A stretch of 64,000 nucleotides of DNA from Cyanobacteria bacterium auto_48_18 (GTDB lineage: Bacteria; Cyanobacteriota; Vampirovibrionia; Obscuribacterales; Obscuribacteraceae): NCBI GenBank assembly GCA_036170915.1, contig JAVHQC010000010.1, positions 32,001-96,000 of the forward strand, given 5' to 3'. How positions within the stretch are numbered: the stretch's first letter is position 1; every line of letters begins with the position of its first letter. The position numbers were made by a program, and so were the translations under genes. Below the pieces are notes generated by a model that searched no databases, was not told the DNA's origin, and saw only the letters and a program-made list of their open reading frames with translations. This document shows positions 38,811 to 49,007 of the stretch, one piece after another.

Positions 38811-38898
38811 AATCGGCATATGAGTATTCTTCCCATTTACAGGGCTGCGGCCAGGCGCTAATCTGGGCTCCTTGAGAACTGAGGGACAGATAGAACAC

Positions 38899-39159
38899 AT
38901 GGACATGCCTTTTTACATCATGAGCGGCCTGATCGCCATTTCTATTCTCGTTTTCATTGCCGAGTCAGACCGGCTGCTTTCGTACATCAAGCCCAAGCCA
39001 AAGATTGTCAGCTCCAATTGCTGGGGCACTTATGAAGGGATAAAGTCAGACGCCATCGTCGGCACCATTGAAGTAAAACCTCTGCCCGGCAAGCAAAAAA
39101 TCATTGGTGGCAGCACCACATATGCCGCCGGCCGTGGTGTCAAAATGAACGGCAGCTGA
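38899..39159 (+). CDS. Small membrane-anchored hypothetical protein
   Basis: N-terminal TM from ATG 38899. Confidence 0.5.
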   Translation: MDMPFYIMSGLIAISILVFIAESDRLLSYIKPKPKIVSSNCWGTYEGIKSDAIVGTIEVKPLPGKQKIIGGSTTYAAGRGVKMNGS

Positions 39160-39178
39160 TCTTCAAAAAGAGTATTGA

Positions 39179-39901
39179 GTGAGCGACAATAAAAATTTCG
39201 TCAACCGTTCAGGCATCATTCTGGCCATCCTGGCTGTGCTCTGGGCCCCTTCCGCACTTGCTTATTCGCAAGTCGAAATCGAAGCCATGCACAGCAAGGC
39301 TTCCGACAAATTGCCACCAATTGCCGAAGCCCTAAAATTCAGCTATTCCAAAGAATGCAAAGACGAATTCAACAGAGCCTGCGCCAAGGGCAAAGCGGCC
39401 ATTGATAAAGCCGTTGCCGCCGAAGGGGCCGACAAACCAAAACATTCTCTCTGTGTGGTCTCTGACATTGACGAGACTATTCTCGACAACCGCCCCTTTA
39501 TCACACGCGAAGTGGCGAAAAATGCCAAAGAAGTAAACTGGGGCGCCTTTGAAGAATGGGTGCATGAAGCTGATGCCGCGCCTTTAAAACCAACCATTGA
39601 CCTGCTCGCTTACGCTCGTAAAAAGGGTCTGGCAGTCTTTTTGATTACGGGTCGCGTAGAAAAATTGCGCCGCTCCACCATCAGCAACCTGATTAAGGCT
39701 GGTATCACATACGATGGCCTATATATGCGGCCAGATGGCGACAAGAGCAGTGCTGTGCCCATGAAAACCGCCTACCGCAAACAAATCGAAGCCATGGGCT
39801 ACGAAGTTGTAGTCAATATCGGCGATCAATACTCAGACCTGGCTGGCGGCCACGCGGTGGACGGCGAAAAGCTGCCCAACAAAATGTACTTCATCAAATA
39901 A
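39179..39901 (+). CDS. Exported HAD-superfamily (IIIB) acid phosphatase
   Basis: DIDET, ITGR, NIGDQYSDL, KLPNKMYF; signal peptide. Confidence 0.9.
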   Translation: MSDNKNFVNRSGIILAILAVLWAPSALAYSQVEIEAMHSKASDKLPPIAEALKFSYSKECKDEFNRACAKGKAAIDKAVAAEGADKPKHSLCVVSDIDETILDNRPFITREVAKNAKEVNWGAFEEWVHEADAAPLKPTIDLLAYARKKGLAVFLITGRVEKLRRSTISNLIKAGITYDGLYMRPDGDKSSAVPMKTAYRKQIEAMGYEVVVNIGDQYSDLAGGHAVDGEKLPNKMYFIK

Positions 39902-39921
39902 TCGTCCAGTATTGACTGACT

Positions 39922-42042
39922 CTATCTGGCCAGTCGACCTGAAGTAATGCTGTCGTAGCTGATCACGCCGATATCGCGCAACAATTGTGCCTGTTGAATA
40001 TTGAAGCCAATAATGGCTTGAGCCTTGCGCACCAGGGCCTGAGTGAAATCGCGCTGGGCATTGATGACATCAATGTTGGTGCCTACGCCGTTAGCTAAAC
40101 GCACTCGTGCCAGGCGCAATTCTTCTGCCGATGACAACACTTCTTTGGTGGCCACTTCGATCTGGCGCTCGGCGGTGAGACTGGTCAAATAGCTGGTGCG
40201 CACTTGCTGCAATGTATTGATCACAGTTTGATTGACGCGCAAAGTGTTTTGCCTTGCCACCGCCCGCGCTGCCTGTATATTGGCCAAATCGGGCATACCC
40301 ATACCAAGAAAATTCCAGTCAACCCGCACACCAATTTGATAAGACTTACGCAAACCGCGGTCAGCTTGCACACTGGGATTATAAACAGCACCCACAGGCA
40401 CCACCGATTGCGGGCTGCTTAAAACCGCTGAGGCATTTTGCACAGTGACGGTCTGCGCAGTGGTTGCCGGCGCCGCTAAAGGCACGATAGAAAATGATGG
40501 GATAGTATTTTGCGTGGTGTTACTCAAGGTCTGGCCGTTACCGTTGTAACCGCCAAAAAATTGAAACTGCGGATAAAGCGGTGCTGCTTGCACTTGGATA
40601 TTGCGTTTGGCAGCCAATCTCAGCTGTTCAAACTGTTTCAATTCAGGACGATTTAAGATGGCAATGTTGATCAAATGGTTGATGTCGAGATTTGGATCAA
40701 CCAGACGCACCTTGCGCACTTCAGATTCTACCGAGAGTAAATTGATGGCACTATTTAGATTTAGCGCTGTAGCCAGATCGATGGCAGAACGACGCAATTC
40801 TACTTCTTGCGTCAGCAAAGCCTGTTCGTCGCGAGCTAACTGCGTTTCTGATTGCAGCACTTGAAAGCGTGTGCCAGTGCCGGCTTTCTCTAACTGCTGG
40901 TTGAGCAAAACCTGTGCTTTTGAAACATCTACCGCTCTGGTCTGAATTTGCAGCAAAGCTTGATTTTGCACCAGGTTGTAGTACAAACGAGTGACATTGA
41001 GCAGCGTGTCATTAATAGAAGCGCGCAAGCCTTGCTTGGCAGCGCGGAAATTATGCAGATTGGAAAGGCTGGAAAAGAGAACAGAGCCACCACGGAAACC
41101 AAAATATCTAAAACCGGCTGTAGCAGTGACAAACGGATTGCCGAAGCTCACCGGAATAGTACCGCCGATAAGTGAAGTACCTGCTTGATATTGTGAGTTG
41201 TAGCTGAGCAGAGCGTCCGGCAAAAAGCGACCAAGTGAATTACCCAAAATCCATTTGTTCTGGGTCACCACCTCGCGCTGTATACGAATATCAAGGTTGT
41301 TATCGAGAGTATATTGCACCACTTCGCGCAAAGAAATGGGTTGGGTATACGTCGCCTCAAGGCGAATTGGAGGCAATTTTGCCCCCAGGCTCATGAGCTG
41401 ATCGCCCATGGGCAGCCTTAACTCGATGGCCTCGCCCTGCAAAAATCGTTTGCGAAATTCGTCAGCTTGCGTATTGACCACATCATAATCACCCTGCCGT
41501 TCTTTGGCAGTCAGGCCGGAGGCCTCCAGAGGCACAGTCTTTGCATCCGCCGATAAACCAGTGCGGGCGTTAGTCTTGTCTAACGGTCCAGAATTCGTGT
41601 CCACAACGGGATCCGGCGGCCGTACTGAGGAATTGTCGCCAAAACCGGGTGTATCGCGCAAATCAGGTGAAATCAGCGAATTAGGCGTATTGGGCGTACT
41701 AGGCGTATTGGGCGTAATTGCAGGGCGCAAAGGCAAACCACTGGGCGGAGTGTCTGATCCAGTTCCATTGCCCGACGAGCCATAAACAGGTGCGGCGGCA
41801 GGAGTTGCCGGATTGGCCAGGCTGGCCGGCTGGCTGCGAGTGAGAGCCCCTGTGCCTTGATTAGTACCAGTGCCGGCGCCAGCTCTGGCCCCGGTTTCGG
41901 TATGGCCGGGGGTATAAGCATCTTGCGCTAAAGCAAAAGGCGGCAAGCCAAAAGTAAGGCCAGACGCTAAAGCATAAGCAAGGCTCACCGCCAGTAAAAC
42001 GGAACGCCGCATTCTTCTTCTAACTACCTGGGACACCATCAT
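39922..42042 (-). CDS. TolC-family outer-membrane efflux protein with long disordered N-terminus
   Basis: Two OEP repeats (GTGTRFQVLQ, GVGTNIDVINAQ); Pro/Gly/Thr-rich N-terminal region. Confidence 0.88.
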   Translation of the reverse strand: MMVSQVVRRRMRRSVLLAVSLAYALASGLTFGLPPFALAQDAYTPGHTETGARAGAGTGTNQGTGALTRSQPASLANPATPAAAPVYGSSGNGTGSDTPPSGLPLRPAITPNTPSTPNTPNSLISPDLRDTPGFGDNSSVRPPDPVVDTNSGPLDKTNARTGLSADAKTVPLEASGLTAKERQGDYDVVNTQADEFRKRFLQGEAIELRLPMGDQLMSLGAKLPPIRLEATYTQPISLREVVQYTLDNNLDIRIQREVVTQNKWILGNSLGRFLPDALLSYNSQYQAGTSLIGGTIPVSFGNPFVTATAGFRYFGFRGGSVLFSSLSNLHNFRAAKQGLRASINDTLLNVTRLYYNLVQNQALLQIQTRAVDVSKAQVLLNQQLEKAGTGTRFQVLQSETQLARDEQALLTQEVELRRSAIDLATALNLNSAINLLSVESEVRKVRLVDPNLDINHLINIAILNRPELKQFEQLRLAAKRNIQVQAAPLYPQFQFFGGYNGNGQTLSNTTQNTIPSFSIVPLAAPATTAQTVTVQNASAVLSSPQSVVPVGAVYNPSVQADRGLRKSYQIGVRVDWNFLGMGMPDLANIQAARAVARQNTLRVNQTVINTLQQVRTSYLTSLTAERQIEVATKEVLSSAEELRLARVRLANGVGTNIDVINAQRDFTQALVRKAQAIIGFNIQQAQLLRDIGVISYDSITSGRLAR

Positions 42043-42098
42043 ATAAATCGCTCAAAGATTCCTAGCATTAAACAAGCAACTAACCGACCAGTCAATTA

Positions 42099-42665
42099 TT
42101 ATTTCACCAATTTTTGCACAGCTTTAAATTTATCTGTGCCTGATTCAACCAGCATTTCAAATAAACACATCTCGACAGTAGTCGGCAAAGCGCCAGCTGC
42201 ATACATTTTGGCTAAGCCGATGGCTTTATTCTCCGGCGCCCGACTGCCCAGGGCATCTGTAACTAAATGCACGTCATAGCCTTTTTTCAGAAGATCGTGC
42301 ACCGACTGATTGACGCAAACATGGGTCTCAATGCCACAAACAATAATTTGCTGGCGACCCAGCTTTTCAAGATGTTTGTCGAAGCCTTTAGCTCCAGAAG
42401 CGCTAAAGCACATTTTTTCAAAAGTCTTCGCCGGCTTGGCGGCCAGTTTCTCGGCGATTTCGGCCACTGTGACACCGAGGCCTTTCGTGTATTGCTCCGT
42501 GACAACAACAGGAAGGTCAAGTATATGCGCGCTTTCCACCAAAATGGCAATCTTCGCCGCTACCTGCGAAAACTGATCAATATGCTCGCGAAAGCGCTCC
42601 TGAACATCTATTACAAGGAGCAGGGCGCGCTCTGCATTGACTAAATTTTTGTGCCGACCCATCAA
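42099..42665 (-). CDS. Isochorismatase-family hydrolase
   Basis: LLVIDVQER, TEQY, EKMCFS, GIETHVCV. Confidence 0.92.
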   Translation of the reverse strand: MMGRHKNLVNAERALLLVIDVQERFREHIDQFSQVAAKIAILVESAHILDLPVVVTEQYTKGLGVTVAEIAEKLAAKPAKTFEKMCFSASGAKGFDKHLEKLGRQQIIVCGIETHVCVNQSVHDLLKKGYDVHLVTDALGSRAPENKAIGLAKMYAAGALPTTVEMCLFEMLVESGTDKFKAVQKLVK

Positions 42666-42833
42666 TCTATGTCTCCACTAACAGAAGACTAACAGGCAAG
42701 CCCTTTCTCTATGTGAACAGTGACAAATAAAGAGGCATTCGTGAGTTAGGAAAAACTCAGCTTCACGGAAGTAACGTTGTTGAATGTCCGGCTTTTCTTG
42801 CCCCGGGAATGTATGGTATAAGTTGCACTGTAC

Positions 42834-42906
42834 GGGGCGTTAGCGCAGTTGGTAGCGCGCTTCAATGGCATTGAAGAGGTCACCGGTTCGAATCCGGTAC
42901 GCTCCA
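42834..42906 (+). tRNA. tRNA-Ala(GGC), CCA not encoded
   Basis: Full cloverleaf: GGGGCGT/ACGCTCC acceptor with G3:U70, anticodon loop AT-GGC-AT, TTCGAAT T-loop; TGgTATAAG -10 upstream. Confidence 0.98.
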
Positions 42907-43010
42907 AATTTTGTTTTGACAGCATTTTGGTCTGCAAAAAGATGTTTTTCTTGCGCAGTTGGCTCAGGCGTGGCAAAGTATAACTGCACCGCATTCACCG
43001 AGATGAGCTG

Positions 43011-43850
43011 ATGAAGCCTCCTAAACAACGCCACCTGGCTACCATAGTCATATCAATCGCCCTGATTGTTTTTGGCTTGGTCTTGAGTTTAGTGCAAGAC
43101 ATCATTCGGCTGCCAGTGACAATCATGGCCGCTTGCACCAGGGCTACCACACCGGCAACACCCGATTTTTCCAAATATGACGCTCTGCTCAAAAGCATTG
43201 TCAAAGACGGAAAGGTTGATTATCGCAAGGCAAAAAGCGAGCCTTTGCTTGGCGCTGCTTTAGACGCACTGGCCACCACCAGCTGCGAAAAATTCACCAG
43301 CAATGATGATATTCTCTGCTACTGGATCAACGCTCACAACCTGCTCTGCATCAAACTAGTTTGCGATCATTATCCTCTTGAAACACTTTTTCCCGTGCGG
43401 CGAAAATTTATTGCCGACCGTTTTGTGGTTGGCGGAAAAACTATGTCAATCGAAGAAATTTTGGTTGATAAAATCCATCCCCGCGTGCTTGGCGATGATA
43501 GAAGAATAGCCGCGCCTGCTCTGGCTATTTTCCTGATTTGCCGCGGCTCCCTTGGCTACCCGCAACTGGTTGATCACGCCATTACCGCTTCTACAATGAT
43601 GGCTGACATGAATGCCAATATGGACCTCTTTTTGCACAACCCTCAAAACGTAGACTACCAGCCAAATTTATCGACTATTGATATTTCTCAGTTTTTCCAA
43701 TGGTATCGTGATGTCTTTGGCCAGGGCTTTTCAGACCCCTGGGAGTTCGTTCTTTATCATTACGATAAAGACGATAAACTGACCACTGATGCCCGCTTAG
43801 AAAAAAGATTTTTTGGCAAATTTAACTGGAGCGTCAATGACCGTAAATAA
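43011..43850 (+). CDS. DUF547-family exported protein
   Basis: GKVDY, YWINAHN, ISQFFQWY, FNWSVND. Confidence 0.85.
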   Translation: MKPPKQRHLATIVISIALIVFGLVLSLVQDIIRLPVTIMAACTRATTPATPDFSKYDALLKSIVKDGKVDYRKAKSEPLLGAALDALATTSCEKFTSNDDILCYWINAHNLLCIKLVCDHYPLETLFPVRRKFIADRFVVGGKTMSIEEILVDKIHPRVLGDDRRIAAPALAIFLICRGSLGYPQLVDHAITASTMMADMNANMDLFLHNPQNVDYQPNLSTIDISQFFQWYRDVFGQGFSDPWEFVLYHYDKDDKLTTDARLEKRFFGKFNWSVNDRK

Positions 43851-45870
43851 CGTGGCCTCGCGGGCGATGGCTACTTTCACTACAGTATCGGTGGCACTGC
43901 TTACCAGTTCTTGTGCCACGAGTGCTCAGGTAGAAAACGGTAGTCAGGCCAATACTTTCGGTACCGCTGGTAGTGTCGTTAAACCTCTGGTGCCTGTTAA
44001 AAAATATGTGCGCCCAAAACTCTCCCCTGATCGTCCACTGCTCATAGTCTATCCTTCGCCGGCAGCCAATGTGCCTTCGTCAGGGTCTTTCATTATTGGT
44101 TCTACTTATCCTGGCTACACCCTGACGGTCAATGGCCAAAATGTGCTTATTAATAAAGAAGGTTTCTTTGCTCACGTGATTGCGCTCAATCGGGGGAAAA
44201 ATCAATTTGATTTACGCGTCAGCAACGCTGAAGGCAATCAGATTTATAGTCAATCGCTGGATGTACAAAGAGAGCAAGCGCGCCAATCTCTGCCGGCCAC
44301 ATCATTCGAATTTGCTAAAGACAGCTTTGAACCAAAAGACGATCGCGGCGTCAATGTAGGCGAAATTATTGAGTTTGCTGTACGTGCCACACCAGGCTGT
44401 CAGGCGCAAGTAATTCTTGGCAAAAAACATATTGCTCTATCACCAATTAACAACTTGCGCGTGGCGCACAGTGCCATGGGTCGCAGAAAGAGCAGCGCAA
44501 CTAAACTGCCTGGTTCAGCCATTAACCGTGGTATGGAAGCGGCCTACGGCCAGATGTTCCAGCGTCACTCGAATGCTGCTGATCTTTACGTCGGCTTATA
44601 TAGAGTAGAGGCGGGCGACAATTTCGAACAAGAACATCCACGCTTTCTCTTGCAAAAAGCGGGACAAAGCATCACCACGGCTGGTGCCGCAGCAATTACC
44701 GTGTTACGCCAGCCGCAAATTGCTCGCACCGCCCACGATGAAACAATTACTCGAGTAGCCCCTGACTTAGCCAGACTGACGCCTCTGCCTCAAGGTGTAA
44801 GGCTGCTTGTAGACGGCTATCAGGGCGAGAATATTCGCTGTCGCTACACGCCATCAAAACATATCTGGATCAAAAGAGAAGATCTCGATTTTGAAGAAAC
44901 CGGCAGCCCTGCACCAGAAGCAGTGGCACGCACTATAATAGTCAAACAAGATAACTACGGCGAAAGTCTCGTAATTCCGCTCAGCCAGCGTCTACCTTTT
45001 ATAATTGAACAAAATCTCAAAACGAATCACTTAATGGTCAAAATCTTTGGTGTCAGCGCCGACACTGACTGGGTTTATCAAGCTCCTGATGACAGCGGCA
45101 ATTCACATTTAATTGAAAACGTTTCCTGGAAACAACCTGAAGACCATGTCTACCAGATTGATGTTGATCTTAAAGGCTTGCGCCAGTGGGGCTATTTCGC
45201 CGACTTCGATGACAACAATCTCAATATTCATATAAAGAATGCTCCAAAAATCGATTTACCAATAGCCACTTCTGCCGGCCCGGCCGCCGAGGAAGCTGAA
45301 GTTGCCTCACTAAGCAGGCTTAAAGGTTTAACGGTTTGCATCGACCCTGGTCACGGCGGCAAAGAAACCGGCGCAATTGGTCCCTCCGCCATACGCGAAG
45401 CTGAAATCAACCTTGCCATTGCTCTAAAATTGCGTGATCTGCTTAAAGCCGATGGCGCCACTGTTTTCATGACCAGAGAAGATGATACGGATGTTTCACT
45501 GAATGACCGAGTTGATTTCGCCAAAGCAAAAAAAGTGGATCTTCTGATTTCAGTGCATAATAATGCTCTGCCTGACGGACGCGATCCGGTCAAAGAGCAT
45601 GGCACGTCAACCTACTGGTATCACCCGCAGTCTCAAGAGCTGGCGCGCGCTCTCAAAAATGGTGCGGCTAAAGAGCTGGGTTTTCCTGACATTGGCGCGC
45701 GTTATCAGAACCTGGCACTGTGCAGGCCCACCAATATGCAAGCCGTTCTAGTTGAAGTCGGTTTTGTCTCAAACCCTGATGAGTATGCTCGTTTGATCAA
45801 TCCAACCTGGCAAACCAAAGCTGCTCAAGGAATACTCAACGGTTTACATTACTACTTTGGACGCAATTAG
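43837..45870 (+). CDS. N-acetylmuramoyl-L-alanine amidase (Amidase_3), cyanobacterial-type architecture
   Basis: IDPGHGG, EAEINL, ISVHNNA, LVEVGF; GGAG before ATG 43837. Confidence 0.92.
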   Translation: MTVNNVASRAMATFTTVSVALLTSSCATSAQVENGSQANTFGTAGSVVKPLVPVKKYVRPKLSPDRPLLIVYPSPAANVPSSGSFIIGSTYPGYTLTVNGQNVLINKEGFFAHVIALNRGKNQFDLRVSNAEGNQIYSQSLDVQREQARQSLPATSFEFAKDSFEPKDDRGVNVGEIIEFAVRATPGCQAQVILGKKHIALSPINNLRVAHSAMGRRKSSATKLPGSAINRGMEAAYGQMFQRHSNAADLYVGLYRVEAGDNFEQEHPRFLLQKAGQSITTAGAAAITVLRQPQIARTAHDETITRVAPDLARLTPLPQGVRLLVDGYQGENIRCRYTPSKHIWIKREDLDFEETGSPAPEAVARTIIVKQDNYGESLVIPLSQRLPFIIEQNLKTNHLMVKIFGVSADTDWVYQAPDDSGNSHLIENVSWKQPEDHVYQIDVDLKGLRQWGYFADFDDNNLNIHIKNAPKIDLPIATSAGPAAEEAEVASLSRLKGLTVCIDPGHGGKETGAIGPSAIREAEINLAIALKLRDLLKADGATVFMTREDDTDVSLNDRVDFAKAKKVDLLISVHNNALPDGRDPVKEHGTSTYWYHPQSQELARALKNGAAKELGFPDIGARYQNLALCRPTNMQAVLVEVGFVSNPDEYARLINPTWQTKAAQGILNGLHYYFGRN

Positions 45871-45877
45871 AGACTCG

Positions 45878-46660
45878 ATGAAATCAGAAAGGGCTCTTGC
45901 CATCGATATTGGAAACTCAAGAATTTGCTGTGGATTGTTTGTCGACAGTGAGTTGAGCGAAACCTGGAATTACAGTACTGCTGACCCAGCTACTGCCGCC
46001 AGCCACCTCAATAGCTTGAATAGCAAATACGGGCGCGGATTAATTGCAGTGTCATCGGTGGTGCCCTCCACTCTTCCTAAAATGGTGGCAAACTGGCCCC
46101 AGGCGCAAAACAAAATATTTGAAGTAACCGCCCGCAGTCAAAATTTACTTTCTGGACTTTACGAGACGATGGGTTCAGACCGCATCGCCAACGCTGCAGC
46201 GGCTTATAAACTGCATACATCAAATAATGATGCCGCCATTGTGATTGATTTTGGTACTGCCACCACTTTGACCGCAGTCAATAATAAAGGCAATTTTCTT
46301 GGTGGCATGATCACTCTTGGTCTGATAAAAACTTTCCACGCACTGCACTATTCAACTGCGCAGCTGCCCGAACTTTCGGTGCAAGAAGTAGAAAGTCATT
46401 CTATTTCTTCGCCCCTTGCTTTCGATACGCAAATGACAATTGAACGTGGTTGCGTTATCGGACACATCGGCCTGGTCAAACATTGGATAGAAAGAGCTCT
46501 GAAGAGCCTTCCCAGCAATACTACGGTAATAGCTACCGGCGGATTGGCACCACTTCTGGCACCAGCGGTGGAGCTATTTGATCATGTCGACGTTAATCTA
46601 ACTTTGAAAGGAATCAAAATTATTGGCGAGGCGGCAAAGCACCAAGCGGGTCAAGTTTGA
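45878..46660 (+). CDS. coaX: Type III pantothenate kinase
   Basis: IDIGNS, SSVVP, MGSDR, IDFGTATT, ATGG, LTLKGI. Confidence 0.94.
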   Translation: MKSERALAIDIGNSRICCGLFVDSELSETWNYSTADPATAASHLNSLNSKYGRGLIAVSSVVPSTLPKMVANWPQAQNKIFEVTARSQNLLSGLYETMGSDRIANAAAAYKLHTSNNDAAIVIDFGTATTLTAVNNKGNFLGGMITLGLIKTFHALHYSTAQLPELSVQEVESHSISSPLAFDTQMTIERGCVIGHIGLVKHWIERALKSLPSNTTVIATGGLAPLLAPAVELFDHVDVNLTLKGIKIIGEAAKHQAGQV

Positions 46661-46802
46661 AACTTTGTTCTAACTGCTCACGATAGGCCATGTTGGTCAA
46701 GGCCTCTACCGAATACAGCTCATCATGCCAGTAACTCGCTTCGCGATCCTTAAGTTCTTCCAGACGCTTGAGCAAATTGGCCGGTATAAGCTCGTCTTGC
46801 AT
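46620..46802 (-). CDS. 60-aa acidic hypothetical protein
   Basis: GAGGA RBS before ATG; helical composition; 41-nt tail overlap with coaX. Confidence 0.55.
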   Translation of the reverse strand: MQDELIPANLLKRLEELKDREASYWHDELYSVEALTNMAYREQLEQSFKLDPLGALPPRQ

Positions 46803-46816
46803 TAAGTCCTCAAATT

Positions 46817-47065
46817 CTAGTTTTTATTGGTGCAAAAAAATTGTGGTATCAATTCAAAAAGTATCAATTCAAATACATCAATCAAATCTTCAAGCCACAA
46901 TCTCAGTTTAGTTCGCTTTGCGAATTTCGCAATTCTTGACTTCTGCGTATATGCGATAGAAACGGGCGCCAGAGAAGCTTCTTCAAAGTGCAACAAAAAA
47001 TTGAAATCTAAGACTTTGCGAATATATATCAATGCGGTATTTTCGACTGACAAGCGTACAGACAT
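46817..47065 (-). CDS. 82-aa hypothetical protein
   Basis: ATG start; ends 14 nt before the next minus-strand ORF; no recognisable motif. Confidence 0.4.
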   Translation of the reverse strand: MSVRLSVENTALIYIRKVLDFNFLLHFEEASLAPVSIAYTQKSRIAKFAKRTKLRLWLEDLIDVFELILFELIPQFFCTNKN

Positions 47066-47174
47066 CTGCCCTACTTTCTCATAAGCGGTTTTTTATCGGA
47101 CCTTTGATAAGATGGAAGAAGAAGAAAGCAATAAAGATAAGACGCCATTGAGAATGTAAGTTGAGGCAAGCACT

Positions 47175-47480
47175 ATGAACCTGAAACTACGCCTTGAAAA
47201 ACTGTGCGATACCCGCTCATGGGTGCGCCTGCACTTTATGGACGGCACCAGCTTAATTGGTCGAGTGTTGCGCATCGGCCACGACTATGTGGAAATCGAA
47301 TCTTATGGCGAAGCAGATCGGCACGGCATGCCAGACTACTCAAAACACCTCATTCCCCTGGGCCTGATCAAATATTTGACCATTGATTCACCCAGGTTTG
47401 CTGAAGCTGAAAGGCGCAGACTTGACTATATTTCGCAATTAGAATCCAATCCAGACACCATATCTGAACTGGAGCGGTAA
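47175..47480 (+). CDS. Small beta-barrel protein, Sm/LSm-like pattern
   Basis: GAGG RBS; helix then VRLHFMDGTSLIGRVLRIGHDYVEI...HLIPLGLIKYL. Confidence 0.7.
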   Translation: MNLKLRLEKLCDTRSWVRLHFMDGTSLIGRVLRIGHDYVEIESYGEADRHGMPDYSKHLIPLGLIKYLTIDSPRFAEAERRRLDYISQLESNPDTISELER

Positions 47481-47521
47481 TTGGCCGTCATTAAGTGAAG
47501 CTCGCTGTGATTATTCTGAGT

Positions 47522-48934
47522 CTAACTCTTAGCCAGTGCGCCCTGTTTGCGCTTTTCGCTCCAGCCATCAACATTGCTTTGTTTGCCTCGCGCCACAGCC
47601 AGTGCGCCATCGGGCACCGGCTTCGTGATCACGCTACCAGCGGCTACCACAGCTTCAACGCCGAGCTCGACTGGTGCTACCAGCACTGAGTTACTTCCGG
47701 TAGAAGCACCGTCATTAATGACCGTACGCGCTTTTCTCTTAGTCAGGTGATCATAATTGGCAGTAATAGTACCCGCACCAATATTGACGTTATTACCTAA
47801 AGTAGCGTCGCCGACATAACTCAAATGCGAGACATTTGACTTGTTGCCTACCTGTGCTTTTTTCAATTCGACAAAATTTCCCACTTTAGAGCCGTTGCCC
47901 ACACTGTTGCCTTCGCGCATATGTGCAAACGGGCCGACTTTGCAATTTTCGCCAATGGTCGAATCATTCATGTGTGAATTAACGACTGATGATCCGCTGC
48001 CCACAATCACACGACCTTTCATTACGGTATAAGGCCCAATATGGCAGCCGGCGCCAATTTCAATGTTACCGATTAAGTAACAGCCTGGCAAAATAACAGT
48101 TTCTTCGCCGATGGTCACTTCCGGTGCAATCCAGGTTGAACTGGGATCAATTATAGTGACACCCGACTCTAGAGCCAGTTTAGTAGCGGTGATATCGCGC
48201 AAGTGTACCGTTGCTTCGGCTAATTCCACTCGTGAATTAATGCCGCAAACTTCACGAAAGTCAGTCAGTACAACAGTTTCAGTTACGTGCTTCTGGTGAT
48301 AGGCCCATGCCACCAGATCGGTCAGATAATATTCCTTCTGTCGGTTGTCGCACGAAAGCGAGCTCAAGCCGGAAGCCGCAGCGGGCCATTCGATGCAATA
48401 AATACCGGTGTTGACCTCAGTAATCAGTTTTTCTCCGGGCGAACAATCTTTGTCTTCGACGATGCCTCTGACTTTGCCATCTTGATCGCGCACCATTCTG
48501 CCGTAACTTTTGGCATCAGGAACTACTGTGCTCAGAGCTGTTATCACAGCTTTACTCTCACGGTGACTGGCTAAAAGACGCGCCAGTGTGTCACTTTGCA
48601 AAACCGGTACGTCGCCCACAGTGACGAGTAAAGTGCCAACAAAATCATTCAAGGCCGGTACAACTTGCATCACAGCGTGGCCTGTGCCTAGCTGCGGCGC
48701 CTGCAAATGAGTAGAAAACGGGCAGTTGGGCGGATTTTTGTGGACGAACTCACTGACCACTTCGGCGGAGTGTCCAACCACCAGGTGTAAATGCTCGAGC
48801 CCTAGAGCTCCCACAGCGTCCATCACTCGGCTGAGAATGGCGCGCCCCATAACCTCATGCAGCACCTTCGGCCGACTGGATTTCATCCGTTTACCTTGAC
48901 CGGCAGCCAGCACGATAGCTCTAACAGGTAGCAT
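47522..48934 (-). CDS. glmU: Bifunctional UDP-GlcNAc pyrophosphorylase/GlcN-1-P acetyltransferase
   Basis: LAAGQGKRMKS, QLGTGHAV, EYYLTD, GNFVELKK, HLSYVGDA, hexapeptide repeats. Confidence 0.97.
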   Translation of the reverse strand: MLPVRAIVLAAGQGKRMKSSRPKVLHEVMGRAILSRVMDAVGALGLEHLHLVVGHSAEVVSEFVHKNPPNCPFSTHLQAPQLGTGHAVMQVVPALNDFVGTLLVTVGDVPVLQSDTLARLLASHRESKAVITALSTVVPDAKSYGRMVRDQDGKVRGIVEDKDCSPGEKLITEVNTGIYCIEWPAAASGLSSLSCDNRQKEYYLTDLVAWAYHQKHVTETVVLTDFREVCGINSRVELAEATVHLRDITATKLALESGVTIIDPSSTWIAPEVTIGEETVILPGCYLIGNIEIGAGCHIGPYTVMKGRVIVGSGSSVVNSHMNDSTIGENCKVGPFAHMREGNSVGNGSKVGNFVELKKAQVGNKSNVSHLSYVGDATLGNNVNIGAGTITANYDHLTKRKARTVINDGASTGSNSVLVAPVELGVEAVVAAGSVITKPVPDGALAVARGKQSNVDGWSEKRKQGALAKS

Positions 48935-48979
48935 GATTTACTCCATAAACGCAGAGTGAAGATTATAAGCCGTCGCCAT

Positions 48980-49007
48980 AAAAAAAAGCCCCACCGCTTG
49001 GTGAGGC
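48980..49007 (-). terminator. Intrinsic terminator just upstream of glmU
   Basis: Minus strand GCCTCACC-aagc-GGTGGGGC-T8; the G:U pair works only on this strand. Confidence 0.85.

Noticed and set aside
41680..41716. 9/18-nt tandem repeat in the tolC-family gene
   Set aside because: In-frame coding low complexity (TPN/TPS linker)
42834..43010. tRNA-Ala as an island integration site
   Set aside because: No adjacent integrase and no duplicated tRNA 3' end noticed
42746..43034. Minus-strand ORFs 42746-42994 and 42840-43034
   Set aside because: Antisense shadows of the tRNA gene and flank
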